A DNA stretch of 39,228 nucleotides from Blastocystis sp. subtype 4 (lineage: Eukaryota): positions 62,001-101,228 of the forward strand of contig NW_014569465.1 of NCBI RefSeq assembly GCF_000743755.1. Direction: 5' to 3'. The notes under the pieces were generated by a model. It saw only the letters and a program-made list of their open reading frames with translations, did no database searches and was not told where the DNA came from. The position numbers were made by a program, and so were the translations under genes. Of the stretch, positions 36,923-39,228 are shown piece after piece. The number at the start of each line of letters is the position of its first letter. The first letter of the stretch is position 1.

Positions 36923-39228
36923 TCACAACAATCCTTTTCGTTGTAAGTATCTCAATTTCGCTGCTTCAATGTCCTTATCACTTAACGAAGAGACTGGAAT
37001 ATCCTCCTTCTTCTCTTCCTTCTCAATCTTCTCTCCTTTTGTTGTATAGAATACCAATTCACTTCCTCCACTCAATTTCACATCCTTCAGACCTCGAATT
37101 CGCTTCAATTGTTTCACTACTGCCTCTTCTGGCACTTCACAACAACTACGGAATGAACTATGAGTCGTTGCTACTAACTACACATCATTCTCTTTCTCTT
37201 CTCATACTTCTCCATACACAATGTATCGTGGATAGTTGTTTGTGATCACCAGAGAACATGAAGGATGTAACTCTCCAATTCGTGTTCCTCCATTATCGTG
37301 AAGATCAATCAACGTACGATAGTAATGATTCGAGCATCTTCGTGCCAGTGATAACACACATCCCTCACAAAGAGCATATTGGAGTGATGTGAGAGTGTCT
37401 AGATGAGATTGCTGTTGATCCTTGTTGTTGTCACTCTCTCTATTCATTCTTTCTCCTTCATCTTCACCTCTTCTTCCATTTCCATTGTATCTCATACCTG
37501 TCTTTAAGGATTTCTCCAATATCTCTTGTAACTGTCGATTGATATTCACTGCCATACGTAAAGACCGATAATGAACACCATTCTCCTCACACCACGATCG
37601 ACTCTCTTCATGATTCACAAACTTCATGTATCTACACATCCATTCCCTTCTCTCATCCTACACATTCAAGTATGTGAACTGATCTCCCAAATCTGATACA
37701 AATCGATGTTGTCGATGTAGAATCCTTTGACCTGATTCATGTCTCTCTTGTTCTGAGGACACACTCATCATCAATCATTCCTTTCTCTTACCTGTAGAAT
37801 ACACGATCCACAGACAACATACTACTGATTATCGTTGCTTCTTTCTCACATCCCAATTCACAAGCACTCACCAGCATCTTTCCCAAAGATGGTTCCAATG
37901 GTAGATTTGAAATGGTTTTACCAAGTCCTGTCACTTGTCCATTCTCATCCAATGCCCCTAACACATACAACTGACGTAATGCAATCGATAAAGCTTCACG
38001 ATTAGGTGATTGAAGGAATGAGAAGGATAACACATCATCAATCCCCAATACCTTCAGATACAACACTGTTGTCATCAATGAAGAACGAAGAATCTCTGGT
38101 TCTGTGTGTTCATTCATCAATGCATAATCTGAACTACTGTACAGACGGAAACACTTTCCAGCACCAGTTCGTCCTGCTCGTCCTGCTCGTTGTTGAGCCG
38201 ATACTCGAGATACACGAACTGTCTCCAGACTCTCCATTCCACTTCGAGCATCAAAGTGTTTCTCTCTTGTGAATCCAGAATCCACCACATAACGCACTCC
38301 AGGTACTGTTACCGATGTTTCAGCAATGTTCGTAGCAATCACCACCTTTCGAGTACCTTCAGGAACTGGTTGAAACACACGAATCTGTTGTTCTGTAGGC
38401 AATGAGGCATATAATGGCAATACTCGTAATGGAGTCACTATATCTCATCCATCCAATCTCACATACCACAATGATCCTTCCGTTTCATCTCATGATACCA
38501 TTCCTCCAGACGACAACAAGCTTCATCAATCTCTCGTTGACCTGGAAGAAACACCAACACATGACCTGCTTCATGTGAATGTAATCGCTTCACAATTGAC
38601 AACACCTTATCAATCGCATCATTTGCTGTTGCAGGAAGACTGTCTTTGCTGTGATAGATGGCTACTGGATAGATTCGACCTGGAATTTCCAAGCAGACAG
38701 AACCAGGATAGAAGGATTGAAAGAGTGTAGTATCAAGTGTTGCTGATGTGATAATCAGACGAAGATTAGGCCGTTTCATTAGAATCTGTTTGCATAATCC
38801 AAATAGAATGTCTGTATTGATACTGCGATCATGAGCTTCATCCAACATTATCACATCATAGTTTGAGAGTAATGGATCAGAGATACATTCTCGAACTAAA
38901 CATCCATCTGTGATATATTTGATCACTGTTTCATCACATGAAGTATCATCAAACCTAACAATCAAACAACACTCTTCACTTTCACCGAATGGTATATCCA
39001 ATCTCTTTTCCCAAAGTCATATGCATTTCTTCACATACTCGAGCCAAATTCGTTGCAGCAACACGTCGAGGTTAACTAATGGCCATTCCTCTCTTCTTCA
39101 GAAACCTATTCATCACATTCATCTCTCATTCAAACCCATTTTGATACAGAAGCTGAGGAATTTGAGTTGATTTGCCTGAACCTGTCTCTCCAGTCACAAG
39201 CACCACTTCATGGGATTTCACACTTTCC
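36923..39228 (-). CDS. DEAH-box RNA helicase (DHX8/DHX40-like), 5'-partial, with in-frame TAA in motif Ia
   Basis: [46 protein letters not shown]2/OB-like C-terminus; several ~30-nt introns. Confidence 0.88.

Overview
Extremely compact eukaryotic nuclear DNA with about 25 protein-coding genes, intergenic gaps mostly of tens of bases (up to ~450), and dozens of tiny (~28-33 nt) GT-AG introns. A TGTTTGTT-like element follows most 3' ends. This combination matches what is known for Blastocystis (stramenopile gut protist); the taxonomic call is inference. Gene models were spliced by hand. In order: BUD22-like 3' end, mitochondrial GPD2, two C2-domain genes, Zn-ribbon/penta-EF-hand, SLX1, a two-TM Cys-rich orphan, NUP62/Nsp1, NDUFV2, SelT-like, phosphoserine phosphatase, GT-like type II protein, two tandem He_PIG/Ig surface proteins, fucosyltransferase-like, ELMOD, RAE1-like, F-box/LRR, mL54, TRM10, MORN-like/LRR, PMCA Ca2+-ATPase, a large multidomain chromatin reader, glutaredoxin and a DEAH helicase. 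Highlights: (1) at least four, probably seven, genes appear to get their stop codon from poly(A) addition; (2) a 42-nt U12-type intron with AT-AA ends in GPD2; (3) a PMCA missing its catalytic CSDKT segment, with further frame breaks and a Cys/His-rich insert; (4) an in-frame TAA at the conserved Gln of helicase motif Ia; (5) a SelT-like gene lacking both its Sec/Cys motif and any 3' UTR; (6) a recent surface-protein duplication with divergence concentrated in one Cys-rich module.
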